From Kiloniellaceae bacterium (GTDB lineage: Bacteria > Pseudomonadota > Alphaproteobacteria > Kiloniellales > J153), in contig JAJFGO010000044.1 of assembly GCA_021776095.1 (NCBI GenBank), forward strand, positions 39,080 to 103,079: a DNA stretch of 64,000 nucleotides, given 5' to 3'. A model generated the notes under the pieces. The model had not been told where the DNA came from and made no database searches. It was given only the letters and a program-made list of their open reading frames with translations. The translations under genes were made by a program, and so were the position numbers. Below are positions 7,414-17,336 of the stretch, in pieces (the first letter of the stretch is position 1; every line of letters starts with the position of its first letter).

Positions 7414-9819
7414 TTACGCGCTGACCGGTTGGTCCGCGGGCGGTGAGGCAATGTCTTTCGCCCGCAAGGGAATATGGCACCTCACCTCGGTCCCTTCGCC
7501 CGGCGTGGACTGCAGATCGACCTGCCCACCGTGCAATTCGATCAAGCTTTTGACCAGCGACAATCCAAGTCCCGCCCCGGACGGCACGCTTTTACCGGGC
7601 TGCGCCGCGCCACGTTCGAACTTGTCGAAGACGCGATCCATGTCGTCCTCGATTATGCCAACCCCACTGTCTGAGACGATCAGTTGTATTTCTTCCGCCG
7701 TGCGTTCCGCCGTGACGCTGACCGTGCCGCCATCCGGCGTAAATTTGAAAGCATTGGATAGCAGGTTGAACAAGGCCTGCTTCAAGCGCCGCCCGTCGGC
7801 GATGACCGAGCCGATGCTGTCGGGGCATTCGACCTGCAGGGTGATGTTCTGGCTGCGTGCCCGTTCGTGGCCCAGGGTTTGGATGCTGTCCAGAATCTCT
7901 TTCACATCCACGGGGTCGAGTTCGAGCTCCATGTAACCAGCCTCGATGGTAGCCAGATCGAGAATGTCGTTGATCAAGGAGATCAGGCGCTGCGAGGCCT
8001 CGACGATGCCGCGGCTGTATTCCAATTGTCGTTCGTTCAAGGCGCCGAAGAACTGGTTCTCCAAAATCTCGGCGAAGCCGACAATGGCGTTAAGCGGCGT
8101 GCGCAGCTCGTAGGAAATGTTGGCGACGAACTCCGATTTCAAACGATCCGCTGTTTCCAGGGCGTCGTTGCGGTCGCGCAGGGCCCGCTCGACGCGGCTG
8201 GAATCCGTCACGTCCAAGAAGGTGAAGAGCGAAGCGCCGTCGGGCAGGGGCACTTGGGCCCAATCGATCACCGATCCGTCGGGCCGAATACGCCGGCCGC
8301 CACGCGCTTCCGCCTCGGTCGCGCGGGCCGCGCGCGTTTCGACAAAGCCGTCCCAAGCTTCGGCGGAAACGTCAAAATAATGCCGGCCTTGCGCCAGCAA
8401 CTGGCGCACGTGCGGCTTTTGCTCCAGGGCCTCGCGCGGCAGGTTCCAGATCCGCGAATAGGCCGGGTTGAAAAGTTTCAAGCGGCCGTCGGCGCCGAAC
8501 ACCGCGACACCCTCGTAGAGGTTATCGAGGGTTTCGCGCTGAACCTCGATCAAGGTGTTGTAGGACCGCTCCAACGTCAGGCGATCGGTCACGTCCTCGT
8601 AGGTGACCAGCACGCCGCCGAAGGGATGCGGGCTGGCCAGGCTGCGCAGGGTCGTGCCGTCCGGCAAGTGGAGCAATTCCTCTTTGGTGTCGATCATATT
8701 CTGCAAGCCGCGAATCCAATCGCGCTTGTATTCCGGGAAATTGGGATGCTCGGGCAGGCGGCGCTGTTCGCGCAGGGTCTCCAGAATGTCGCCCAGCTCC
8801 GGCGCCGTGCTGAGGAAAGATTCCTCCAGTTGCCATAGGCGCGCGTAAGCTGTGTTGAAAAATCTGAGCCGTAGATTCTTGCTAAAGATCGCGATCGCGC
8901 TGCCCAAGTTTTCCAGAACGTCGTCGTGCGCGTCGACGTGGCGCTTGAGCTCGGCCTCAAGGTCCTCGGCATCGGTGCGGTCGATTGCATGGCCGACCAA
9001 AGTGCCGTCGTCCATGGGGCGCTCGTCGATTGCCAGCATGCGCCGCGCGCCGCCGACCACCACATGATGGGACTCGCCGGCCGGTGCCTTGGATTCGACG
9101 GCTCGGCTCGCCAGCGCGCGGGCGGCGTCGCTCTTGGCCTTGCCCAATAGCTCGATGGCCTGGCCGAAGACGGCTGCGGGGTCCGCATCGACCGCCTGGG
9201 CATAGGCCCGGTTGCAATAAACCACGCTCAAGGCTGCATCGCGCCGCCACACCGGCAGGGGCAAGCTGTCCAGAACGCCGGCCAGGGCATCGCGCTCCGC
9301 TTTCGCTTCGGCCAGGGCCGCCTCGCTCGCGCTCGTGTCTTGGAACCAGACGAAATCGACCGCCGCCTCGCCGTCAGTCACCCGCGTGCGGCCGCCGGTA
9401 ACATCGAAGGTGCGGGCGCCGTCGAGGGTCCGCAGCCGGTGCGTGAAACCTTTGCCGCGGGCCAGCAAGGCCTCAAGCGCGACCGAGAGTTGGCGCGACG
9501 CGGCCTCCTCGAACGCACCCAGCACGCCCGACAGGGCCACGGTCGATTTTCCTTCGCCGAGATCGAGCACCTCGATCAAGCGCGGCGAGGCCTGAATCGT
9601 GCCGTCCACATGGGAGAAGGCGAGGCAGCCGAGCGGCGCCGCGGAAAGGGCCGACTCGGCCGATTCGATACGCCCGCCGGCCAGGGCCAAGGCGCCCCGC
9701 GCCGCACGCCAACGGGCCCGGTATCGCAAGGCCTGGATCGCGCAGAGAACGCACAGGCCACTCGCGGCCCAAACGCCGTATTGCAACAGAAGGTCGATTG
9801 CGATTGCGCCCGGCGGCAT
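7414..9819 (-). CDS. membrane-anchored multi-PAS sensor histidine kinase
   Basis: Has an N-terminal TM segment, repeated PAS-like segments, a HisKA box (EFVANISYELRTPLNAIVGFAEIL) and HATPase_c motifs (NLLSNAFKFT, DSGVGI, GAGLGLSLVKSLIELHGG). There is no receiver domain. Confidence 0.85.
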   Translation of the reverse strand: MPPGAIAIDLLLQYGVWAASGLCVLCAIQALRYRARWRAARGALALAGGRIESAESALSAAPLGCLAFSHVDGTIQASPRLIEVLDLGEGKSTVALSGVLGAFEEAASRQLSVALEALLARGKGFTHRLRTLDGARTFDVTGGRTRVTDGEAAVDFVWFQDTSASEAALAEAKAERDALAGVLDSLPLPVWRRDAALSVVYCNRAYAQAVDADPAAVFGQAIELLGKAKSDAARALASRAVESKAPAGESHHVVVGGARRMLAIDERPMDDGTLVGHAIDRTDAEDLEAELKRHVDAHDDVLENLGSAIAIFSKNLRLRFFNTAYARLWQLEESFLSTAPELGDILETLREQRRLPEHPNFPEYKRDWIRGLQNMIDTKEELLHLPDGTTLRSLASPHPFGGVLVTYEDVTDRLTLERSYNTLIEVQRETLDNLYEGVAVFGADGRLKLFNPAYSRIWNLPREALEQKPHVRQLLAQGRHYFDVSAEAWDGFVETRAARATEAEARGGRRIRPDGSVIDWAQVPLPDGASLFTFLDVTDSSRVERALRDRNDALETADRLKSEFVANISYELRTPLNAIVGFAEILENQFFGALNERQLEYSRGIVEASQRLISLINDILDLATIEAGYMELELDPVDVKEILDSIQTLGHERARSQNITLQVECPDSIGSVIADGRRLKQALFNLLSNAFKFTPDGGTVSVTAERTAEEIQLIVSDSGVGIIEDDMDRVFDKFERGAAQPGKSVPSGAGLGLSLVKSLIELHGGQVDLQSTPGEGTEVRCHIPLRAKDIASPPADQPVSA

Positions 9820-9979
9820 TGGTGCGACGCGAATCCTCGCCGGGCCGTGCGCGGCGACGCGCCGCCGCCACGCGACCCGGGCTTTCAGTTGACCAGGTTT
9901 CCGCCGAATCGGCGGATTGGCGCGAGTCTAGGGGTTTCGCGCCGTGCCGACAAGCCGCCGGGAGAGTATCGCCGGACGC

Positions 9980-11380
9980 CTAGTAGCGGTACTGGTCGGC
10001 CTTGAAGGGCCCCTGGACCGGCACGCCGATGTAATCTGCCTGCTTTTGGCTCAAGCTACTCAGGTTGGCGCCAACCTTGGCCAGGTGCAGCGCCGCGACC
10101 TTTTCGTCCAGGTGCTTGGGCAGGACATAGACCTTCTTGTCGTACTGGTCGCCCTTGCTCCAAAGTTCTATCTGCGCCAGCACCTGATTGGTGAAGGAGG
10201 CGCTCATCACGAAGCTGGGATGCCCGGTCGCGCAGCCCAAATTGACCAAGCGTCCCTCGGCCAAAAGGATGATCCGCTTGCCGTCGGGAAAGGCGATCTC
10301 GTCGACCTGCGGCTTAACGTTGACCCAGGTCAGGTTGCGCAGCGCGCCGATCTGAATTTCATTGTCGAAGTGGCCGATGTTGCACACGATCGCGCGATCC
10401 TTCATGGCGCGCATGTGGTCAATGGTGATGACGTCAACGTTGCCCGTGGTGGTGACAAAGATATCGCCGCGCGGGGCCCCTTGTTCCATAGTGACCACCT
10501 CGTAACCCTCCATCGCCGCCTGCAGCGCGCAGATCGGATCGATTTCAGTCACCAGAACCCGGCAGCCGGCGTTGCGTAGCGACGCGGCGGAGCCCTTGCC
10601 GACATCGCCGAAACCGGCGACCACGGCGACCTTACCCGACATCATGACATCGGTCGCCCGGCGGATACCGTCCACCAGACTTTCTCGGCAACCGTAGAGG
10701 TTGTCGAACTTCGACTTGGTCACGGAATCGTTCACGTTGATGGCGGAGAAAAGAAGCTTTCCTTCCTTTTCCATCTGATAGAGGCGGTGCACGCCCGTGG
10801 TGGTCTCTTCGGTGACGCCTTGAATGCTGCCGCCCAGCTTAGCGTAGAAGCCTGGTTTGTCTTTCAGGCGCTTTTTGATCGCGGCGTAGAGAAACTCCTC
10901 CTCCTCGCTTTCCGGCTTATCCAGGACCGAAGCGTCTTTTTCAGCGCGCATGCCCAGGTGAACCAGCAAGGTGGCGTCGCCGCCGTCATCCAGGATCAAG
11001 TTGGGGGCGCCACCATCGTTCCATTCGAAGATGCGGTGGGAGAATTCCCAATAGTCCTCCAGGGTTTCGCCCTTGAATGCAAAAACCGGAATTTTGGCCG
11101 CGGCGATCGCCGCGGCGGCATGATCCTGGGTCGAGTAGATATTGCAGGACGCCCAGCGGATGTCGGCACCCAGCGCCGTCAGGGTTTCGATCAGCACGGC
11201 GGTCTGAATCGTCATGTGCAGAGAACCGGCAATACGCGCGCCCTTGAGCGGCTTCGCGGCACCGTACTCCTCGCGCAGTGCCATCAGGCCCGGCATCTCG
11301 GATTCGGCGATTTCCATCTCCTTGCGGCCCCAGCCGGCGAGCGAGATGTCCTTGACCTCAAAATCGGTGAAATCGGTCAT
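9980..11380 (-). CDS. ahcY: adenosylhomocysteinase
   Basis: [40 protein letters not shown]...[12 protein letters not shown]...ADQYRY is full-length AhcY. The start was moved to the ATG at 11380; the 36-codon upstream extension in the track is unsupported. Confidence 0.95.
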   Translation of the reverse strand: MTDFTDFEVKDISLAGWGRKEMEIAESEMPGLMALREEYGAAKPLKGARIAGSLHMTIQTAVLIETLTALGADIRWASCNIYSTQDHAAAAIAAAKIPVFAFKGETLEDYWEFSHRIFEWNDGGAPNLILDDGGDATLLVHLGMRAEKDASVLDKPESEEEEFLYAAIKKRLKDKPGFYAKLGGSIQGVTEETTTGVHRLYQMEKEGKLLFSAINVNDSVTKSKFDNLYGCRESLVDGIRRATDVMMSGKVAVVAGFGDVGKGSAASLRNAGCRVLVTEIDPICALQAAMEGYEVVTMEQGAPRGDIFVTTTGNVDVITIDHMRAMKDRAIVCNIGHFDNEIQIGALRNLTWVNVKPQVDEIAFPDGKRIILLAEGRLVNLGCATGHPSFVMSASFTNQVLAQIELWSKGDQYDKKVYVLPKHLDEKVAALHLAKVGANLSSLSQKQADYIGVPVQGPFKADQYRY

Positions 11381-11549
11381 GCGTATCTTGTCCTTTTGCA
11401 CTGGAGCCCATCGGTGCGGGCGGTCTGAAATGAGAGCTGGCGCCGGAAGCGGCGCGGGGCTGCAAATCGGGCCGGGCGCCAAAGGCACCCCAATTTCGGT
11501 CCTTTATCAGCCGCGCGCGGCGACGGCAAGCCGGCCCTTTGCCGGTCGT

Positions 11550-13433
11550 TCAGGAAGCCTCGTTGAAGTCGTCCAGCAGGGCGGAAATCCGGCCGGCGTC
11601 GAATTGGTCCATGATCATATGGGCGCGCTGAGTTGCGGCCTGCATGTCTAGGTTTAATATGCGGCTCTTAACACGCGGTAAAGCGTTAGTGGACATGGAC
11701 AGTTCGCGCACACCCAGGCCCAGGTTCAGGGCTGTGAACCGCAGGTCGCCAGCGATCTCGCCACAGATCGAGATCGGGATGCGGGCGCGCAAAGCAGCCT
11801 GGATCGCGAACTGGATCAGGCGCAGGACGCCAGGATGCAAGGGGTTGTAAAGATGCGCGACGCTTTCCTCGCCCCGATCGATGGCCAGGGTGTACATGGT
11901 CAGGTCGTTGCTGCCGATAGCAAAGAAATCGGCCACGTTAGCCAGGGCATCGGCGGCCAGGGCGGCGCCCGGGATCTCGATCATGACACCCAGCGGCGGC
12001 AGAGGATTGGCGATCTTGACGCCCCGGCGTTTGAGCCGCGTGGCCACGCTGGCCAGGATGGCGCGCGCCTCCTTGACCTCGGCGACGGTCGAGATCATGG
12101 GCAGTAAAATTCGCAACTGGCCCTTGGCGCCGGCGCGCAGCATGGCCGCGAACTGGGTCTCCAGCAGTTTCGGCTCCTTCAACGACAAGCGGATGGCACG
12201 CAGGCCGAGCGCTGGATTCGGGGCCTCGGCGAAATGCGGCCCGAAGGACGTGGCGAGCTTTTCGCCACCAATGTCCAGGGTCCGAACGGTCACCGGACGC
12301 CCAGGCATGGCCTCGACGATTTCAATCAGGGCGGCGGTCTGTTCGTCCTCGCTCGGCAGGTCGTCGCGGTTCATGAATAGAAACTCGGTGCGCAGGAGGC
12401 CAATCCCCTCCGCCCCGGCAGCGACCGCCTGGCCGATTTCGCGCGGCAGTTCCAGGTTGGCCTGCAAGGTCACCCGGATGCCGTCGCGGGTGATCGGCGC
12501 GACGTTGCGCAAGCGCGAGAGGGCCTTGGTTTCGCGCTCCATGGCCTTGCGGCGGCGCTCGTAGTCGGCCAGGCACGCCGCCGATGGATTGACCACCACA
12601 ATGCCGTTGGAGCCATCGACGATCACTTTGTCCGCACTGTCCACCCCGCCGATCAAGCCGCCTACGCCAAGCACCGCCGGCAGGCCTAGGGAGCGGGCCA
12701 TGATCGCAGTGTGCCCTTCGGCGCCGCCGATCGCGCAGGCGAAGCCGCCGACGATACGCGGATCCATCAACGCGGTATCCGCCGGCGTGATCTCTTCCGC
12801 TATCACGATGCTGCCGGGCTCCAGATGATCGAAGCCGCTGAAGGATGCATTGGCCAGGTTGCGCACGATCCGCAGGCCGACTTCGCGGACTTCCTGGCCG
12901 CGCATTCTTAGATAGGCGTCATCCATTTCGGCGAAATTCTTAGAGATCACGCCGATCTCCGCCATGACCGCCGCCTCGGCATTGCAGCATCGGCCCTCAA
13001 TCCGCTGGGTAATGCCGCCGAGCAGGCTACGGCTCTTGAGCATGTGCATATGGGCGTCCAAGAGGTAGCCCAACTCTTCCGCCGCCGTGCCGTGGAAGCT
13101 CGCGGCTTTGGCCTTCAATTTCGCGACCTGGCGCAGGGATTTGGTTACGGCCTCGCGCAGACGATCGAGCTCGGCCGAGATCTCGTCCTTGCCGATTTGA
13201 CGCTCAACCACTTGAATGTCGCCGCTATCGCGCATGTGCGAGATGCCGATGGCGATCCCGGGTGACACGCCAAGACCCTCGAACACATGCTGGCCGCGTG
13301 AATCGGGTTGCTGTCCGGCCGGATCCGGCCTTGCCTTACTCTTGGCCGGGCCGGTCTTGAGCGCGCGGGCCGCACCCTTGGCGCTCTTGGTTTTCGCGGC
13401 GGGTTTCTTAGTCTTCATCGAATTTCTTTTCAA
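11550..13433 (-). CDS. ptsI: phosphoenolpyruvate-protein phosphotransferase (PTS enzyme I) with Lys/Ala-rich N-terminal extension
   Basis: Has the EI core (GLGVSPGIAIG..., GGAEGHTAIMARSLGLPAV with the active-site His, ...GSNDLTMYTLA, C-terminal PEP-utilizer TIM barrel). It is preceded by about 45 aa of KKPAAKTKSAKGAARALKTGPAKSKA. There is no GAF domain. The exact start is uncertain (13433 or 13418), and either choice overlaps the HPr gene end. Confidence 0.85.
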   Translation of the reverse strand: MKRNSMKTKKPAAKTKSAKGAARALKTGPAKSKARPDPAGQQPDSRGQHVFEGLGVSPGIAIGISHMRDSGDIQVVERQIGKDEISAELDRLREAVTKSLRQVAKLKAKAASFHGTAAEELGYLLDAHMHMLKSRSLLGGITQRIEGRCCNAEAAVMAEIGVISKNFAEMDDAYLRMRGQEVREVGLRIVRNLANASFSGFDHLEPGSIVIAEEITPADTALMDPRIVGGFACAIGGAEGHTAIMARSLGLPAVLGVGGLIGGVDSADKVIVDGSNGIVVVNPSAACLADYERRRKAMERETKALSRLRNVAPITRDGIRVTLQANLELPREIGQAVAAGAEGIGLLRTEFLFMNRDDLPSEDEQTAALIEIVEAMPGRPVTVRTLDIGGEKLATSFGPHFAEAPNPALGLRAIRLSLKEPKLLETQFAAMLRAGAKGQLRILLPMISTVAEVKEARAILASVATRLKRRGVKIANPLPPLGVMIEIPGAALAADALANVADFFAIGSNDLTMYTLAIDRGEESVAHLYNPLHPGVLRLIQFAIQAALRARIPISICGEIAGDLRFTALNLGLGVRELSMSTNALPRVKSRILNLDMQAATQRAHMIMDQFDAGRISALLDDFNEAS

Positions 13434-13686
13434 TCAAGGCCGCCAGGGCATCGACAGCGGCCTCGGCCTCGGGCCCGGTCGCCGCCAGCACCAGTTCGCA
13501 CCCGGTCGCGGCGGCGAGCATCATCAGTCCCATGATCGACGAACCGGGGACCTCGGTCCCATTGGCCTGCACCGTGATCTGGGCGTCGAAGGTGCTGGCC
13601 AGTTTGACGAATTTCGCCGCGGCGCGGGCGTGCAGTCCACGCCGGTTGGAAATTTTCGCGCGCGCGGTCGCCGGTCTCCCCCTCAC
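13408..13686 (-). CDS. ptsH: HPr family phosphocarrier protein
   Basis: ISNRRGLHARAAAKFV (His-15 site) and VPGSSIMGLMML (Ser-46 regulatory site); 92 aa. ATGA overlap with the upstream EIIA gene. Confidence 0.9.
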   Translation of the reverse strand: MRGRPATARAKISNRRGLHARAAAKFVKLASTFDAQITVQANGTEVPGSSIMGLMMLAAATGCELVLAATGPEAEAAVDALAALIEKKFDED

Positions 13687-14087
13687 GTCTTGTCGGCGAG
13701 CAGCTGCGACGCGACGTTGATGTACTTCCGCCCCGCCTCTTGGGCTTGCGCGACGGCGGAGGGCAAGGTCTCGCTCTCGCGCAGGCCGGCCAGTTTTATG
13801 AGCATCGGCAGATTGACCCCAGCGATGACCTCGACCTGGCCTTGATCGAGCACGGAAATCGCCAGGTTCGACGGCGTGCCACCGAACATGTCGGTCAAGA
13901 GCACGACGCCCTGGCCCTCATCGGCCTTGGCCACGCTCTCGATGATCTCGCGCCGACGTTGCTCCATGTCGTCGTCCGGGCCGATGCAAACCGCGGCGAT
14001 ATTCTTCTGCGGTCCCACCACATGCTCAAGCGCGGCGGCGAATTCCAAGGCCAACCGCCCGTGGGTCACCAGCACCATTCCGATCAT
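13683..14087 (-). CDS. PTS EIIA component, mannose family (PtsM/ManX-like)
   Basis: MIGMVLVTHGRLALEF...LLTDMFGGTPSN is the EIIA-Man fold with the phosphorylatable His in VTHG. Confidence 0.85.
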   Translation of the reverse strand: MIGMVLVTHGRLALEFAAALEHVVGPQKNIAAVCIGPDDDMEQRRREIIESVAKADEGQGVVLLTDMFGGTPSNLAISVLDQGQVEVIAGVNLPMLIKLAGLRESETLPSAVAQAQEAGRKYINVASQLLADKT

Positions 14088-14142
14088 CTCGCCATCCTTT
14101 GAACAACGAACCGCCGGGTTCTAGCGCGAATCCGCGGGCGAA

Positions 14143-15528
14143 TCATCCCCGGATTACCCGACGCGCGGCGCGGCAGGGCGGATCGGCAGGGCCAAGGTCC
14201 CGATGCCCGATCTCAGCCGGCCGCCCGCCGGCCCGCAACCAGACGCCAAGCCGTTCGGCGACCAGGACCGAGCGATGGCGGCCGCCGGTGCAACCGACAG
14301 CGATGGTCAGATAGCTTTTGCCCTCGGCCTCGTAGCGCGGCAGCAAGGGCGCGAGCATGTCGATCAGGCGGCCAAAAAAGCCCTCGAATTCAGGGTCTTG
14401 CTCGATATATGCGGCGACCCTGGGGTCCCGTCCGTCGAGCGGGCGTAGGGTCGGGTCGTAGTGCGGGTTGGCGAGAAAGCGCACATCGAAAACCAGATCG
14501 GCCTCGCGCGGCAGGCCATGGCGAAACGAAAAGGAGGTCACGAAAACCGCCATCCCAGTGCCTTCCCCCAGGCCGAAGTGGCCGGCCATTACCCGGCCCA
14601 GCTCCGCTGGCGGCAGGGCCGAGGTATCGAGTACCAAATCGGCATGGGCCTTGAGCGGCGCGATCAGGGCGCGCTCCGCGGCGATGCCGTCCGCCACCTG
14701 ACGGTCGCGCGCCAGGGGGTGGCGTCGGCGGGTCTCGGTGAAGCGGCGCGCCAGCACGTCGTCCTGACAATCCAGAATCAACAGGGTCACCGCCAGATCC
14801 GGGTTGGCGGAGAGGGCCCGCAATTGCCGAACCACGTTTTGCGCGGCGAAGCGGCGGGTGCGGGTATCGACCCCAACCGCCAGCGGCCGCACCGCCCCAG
14901 CCTCCGACAGAACCGCGTCGAGCAAGCTAAGCGGCAGGTTGTCGATCGTTTCGTAGCCCATATCCTCCAGGGCCTTGAGGGCAGTCGAGTGCCCGGCGCC
15001 GGACATGCCGGTGACCAAGATCACACGCCGGCGCTCACCGTCCGGGCTGCCGGCGCTGACATCTTGAGCGGCGGCATCTTGAGCAGACGGGTTTTGAACG
15101 GCCGGCGCCAGGGCCAGGCGCAGCTTGGCCGGGGTCGAGGCCTCGAAGGGATCGAGGGCGATACGCGGTAGCGCGACCCCCAGAATCGTCTCCTCTGCCG
15201 GTTCCGGTAGGCGCTCCACCGTATCGCCCGGCACCAAATCGACGATCAGCGCCACGCTGACCTCCGCCAGGCGGGGCGCCTCGACGATACCCAGCCCGCG
15301 GGCTTCGATCCGCCCGGCCAGAACCGCGGGCGCCCGCGCCACGATCCGCGCCGGCGCCCGCGCGCTTAGCTCGCATTGATCGTCGGCGACCAGACGGGCG
15401 CCCTGGTCGATCAGGCGCAAGGCCAAATCCGACTTGCCCGACCCGGAGGGTCCGCGCAACAGGACGCCGCACGGTCCGCCTGGCCCCTCGAGCGCCACGC
15501 AGGTCGCATGAATCAGCTGTTTGTCCAT
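14143..15528 (-). CDS. single ORF encoding short HPr kinase/phosphorylase domain (aa 1-~140) fused in frame to RNase adapter RapZ (aa ~169-461)
   Basis: The N-terminal part is LRGPSGSGKSDLALRLIDQGARLVADDQ...RIEARGLGIV, the HprK C-terminal catalytic domain typical of alphaproteobacteria. After a low-complexity linker (QNPSAQDAAAQDVSAGSPDG) comes RRVILVTGMSGAGHSTALKALEDMGYETIDNLP...GCTGGRHRSV, a full RapZ/YhbJ. No stop codon lies between the two. An in-frame GTG at 15024 could also start a separate RapZ. Confidence 0.8.
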   Translation of the reverse strand: MDKQLIHATCVALEGPGGPCGVLLRGPSGSGKSDLALRLIDQGARLVADDQCELSARAPARIVARAPAVLAGRIEARGLGIVEAPRLAEVSVALIVDLVPGDTVERLPEPAEETILGVALPRIALDPFEASTPAKLRLALAPAVQNPSAQDAAAQDVSAGSPDGERRRVILVTGMSGAGHSTALKALEDMGYETIDNLPLSLLDAVLSEAGAVRPLAVGVDTRTRRFAAQNVVRQLRALSANPDLAVTLLILDCQDDVLARRFTETRRRHPLARDRQVADGIAAERALIAPLKAHADLVLDTSALPPAELGRVMAGHFGLGEGTGMAVFVTSFSFRHGLPREADLVFDVRFLANPHYDPTLRPLDGRDPRVAAYIEQDPEFEGFFGRLIDMLAPLLPRYEAEGKSYLTIAVGCTGGRHRSVLVAERLGVWLRAGGRPAEIGHRDLGPADPPCRAARRVIRG

Positions 15529-15579
15529 CGCCTCGTCTATTCCTTGGCCGCTCCCGGTGTCGGCCGGTTTCGGCGCAGT

Positions 15580-17274
15580 CTACCCTCTTGGCAGGTGGAG
15601 GGTAAATCTCGCCCCACAGGTCTTGCCTTGGGCGTCGTGGCGGTTTTCCGCCACGATGGTACCGCCGTGAGCCTCAACAATCTGTTTGGATATGCTTAGG
15701 CCCAGACCGGAATGGGTGCCGAACTTCTCGCCGCTCGGCCGCTCGGTATAGAAGCGATCGAAGATCGCGGTCAACTTGGTATCGGGAATGCCGGGGCCGT
15801 CGTCGCTGACGCTCAGAACCACCCAGGGGCCGTCGCGCCAGGCCGCCAGCACGATCTCGCCATGGGGAGGGCTAAAGGTGATGGCATTATTGACCAAATT
15901 TCGCAGGACCTGGCCAAGACGGTCTTCCATGCCCGAGACGGTCAAGTCCTGCGTGCGATCGAGCTCTAAGCGGAAGCGTGGCGCGTCGACCTGCGCGGTG
16001 GCGTCGCGCGCGGCGACCAGGGACTCAAGTAGATGGGCGATATCGACCGGCATGCTCTCGGTGCGCGACAGCTCGGCATCGAGCCGAGAGGCCCCGGAAA
16101 TATCACTGATCAGCCGATCTAGGCGCTGTACATCATCAAGGATGATCGACATCAGGCGCTTTTGCTGCACCGGGTCCTCGACCCGGGCCACGGTTTCGAC
16201 TGCGCTGCGCAGGGAGGTCAGGGGGTTCTTGATCTCGTGGGCCACGTCGGCGGCAAATCCTTCGATCGCGTCCAGGCGGGCCCACAGGGCCGCGGTCATG
16301 TCGCGCAAGGCGGCGGAGAGATCGCCAATCTCGTCGCCCCGGCGGCTGAAATCAGGAATCTCGAAGGTCCGTCCTTTGCCATGACGAACCTGATCCGCGG
16401 CTAGGGCCAGGCGGCGGATCGGCCGGGCGATAGTGCCTGCCAGGTAAAGCGACAAGAGAACCGTGACCCCCAGGGCGAAGGCGAAGACCAGCAATATATC
16501 CCGGCGCCGATCGCGCACCGCAGCCTCAACCTCAGCGCCGCCCTTGGAGACCATGAGCGCGCCCAGGACCTGGCGGTAACGCTGCACCGGCACCGCGACC
16601 GAGAGGAAAAGCCGGTTCCGCCCATCAACACGGGCAACGCCGAGCGCCTCGCCGAAGAGGGCCCGCTCGACCTCCTGGTAATCGGACGCAGAGGGGGTGC
16701 GGGATTCCAGGTAGAGCGGCAACTCGCCGCTGGACGGCAGCCAGTCGAAAATCCGATCGTACCAACGCCCCAAGGCGGCCAAAATCCCGGCGTCGCCAGG
16801 CGCCGGCAGCTCGACGACCTGCACCAGGCCGCCCGGTCCGACCAGCACGAAACTGTCGGCGACCAGCACGCCGCCGCGGTCGAAGATGCGCGCCCGCACC
16901 CCGGTGTCGCGCAGCAACACCCGCATCAAGTGACGGGCCGATTCCGCCATCAGGCGCTCCTCGCCCAGCGCCGTGCCGACCACAGCGGCGCTGCCCAGGG
17001 TCAGGGCGAAGGTCCGCGCCTGGACCCGCAGGCCATCCAATGCCGAGGCAATCAGGGTTTGCCGGTATTGGTCGAGATGCAGCAGCCCCAGGACGGGGAT
17101 TAACAGCACCAGTACGTTAAGCGCCAGAATCCGCCGGGTCAGTGGCGAGCGCACCCCGCGCAACCGGAGAAACCTGCGCCCAGGACGCGCCGACTTCGCC
17201 CCGGCCTGGGCCCCAAACATCGCAGGGCCCCGGGCGTCGCTGGTGCGGTTTTTGATCTTGCTATCGGTGCTCAT
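15580..17274 (-). CDS. chvG: ChvG/ExoS/BvrS-type sensor histidine kinase
   Basis: Has an N-terminal TM, a large periplasmic stimulus-sensing domain, HAMP, a HisKA box (FAADVAHEIKNPLTSL) and HATPase_c (NLVNNAITFS, DDGPGI, GLGLSISKQIVEAHGG). It sits directly downstream of the chvI-like regulator. Confidence 0.85.
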   Translation of the reverse strand: MSTDSKIKNRTSDARGPAMFGAQAGAKSARPGRRFLRLRGVRSPLTRRILALNVLVLLIPVLGLLHLDQYRQTLIASALDGLRVQARTFALTLGSAAVVGTALGEERLMAESARHLMRVLLRDTGVRARIFDRGGVLVADSFVLVGPGGLVQVVELPAPGDAGILAALGRWYDRIFDWLPSSGELPLYLESRTPSASDYQEVERALFGEALGVARVDGRNRLFLSVAVPVQRYRQVLGALMVSKGGAEVEAAVRDRRRDILLVFAFALGVTVLLSLYLAGTIARPIRRLALAADQVRHGKGRTFEIPDFSRRGDEIGDLSAALRDMTAALWARLDAIEGFAADVAHEIKNPLTSLRSAVETVARVEDPVQQKRLMSIILDDVQRLDRLISDISGASRLDAELSRTESMPVDIAHLLESLVAARDATAQVDAPRFRLELDRTQDLTVSGMEDRLGQVLRNLVNNAITFSPPHGEIVLAAWRDGPWVVLSVSDDGPGIPDTKLTAIFDRFYTERPSGEKFGTHSGLGLSISKQIVEAHGGTIVAENRHDAQGKTCGARFTLHLPRG

Positions 17275-17336
17275 CGTATTGGCGGGCAGCGGCCGCGCGG
17301 GCCTGGCGGAACAACCGGCCGCCCAGCGCCGCCGCG

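Noticed and set aside
11381-11549. A possible SAH riboswitch in the ahcY leader.
   Set aside because: I read the minus-strand leader looking for the conserved SAH-element pattern (paired GAGGAGCGCUGC... / ...GGCGCUC segments) and could not find a convincing match. A covariance-model scan would be needed to exclude it formally. The hairpin just after the EI stop (around 11519-11547) has a bulged stem and no U-tract, so I did not call a terminator either.
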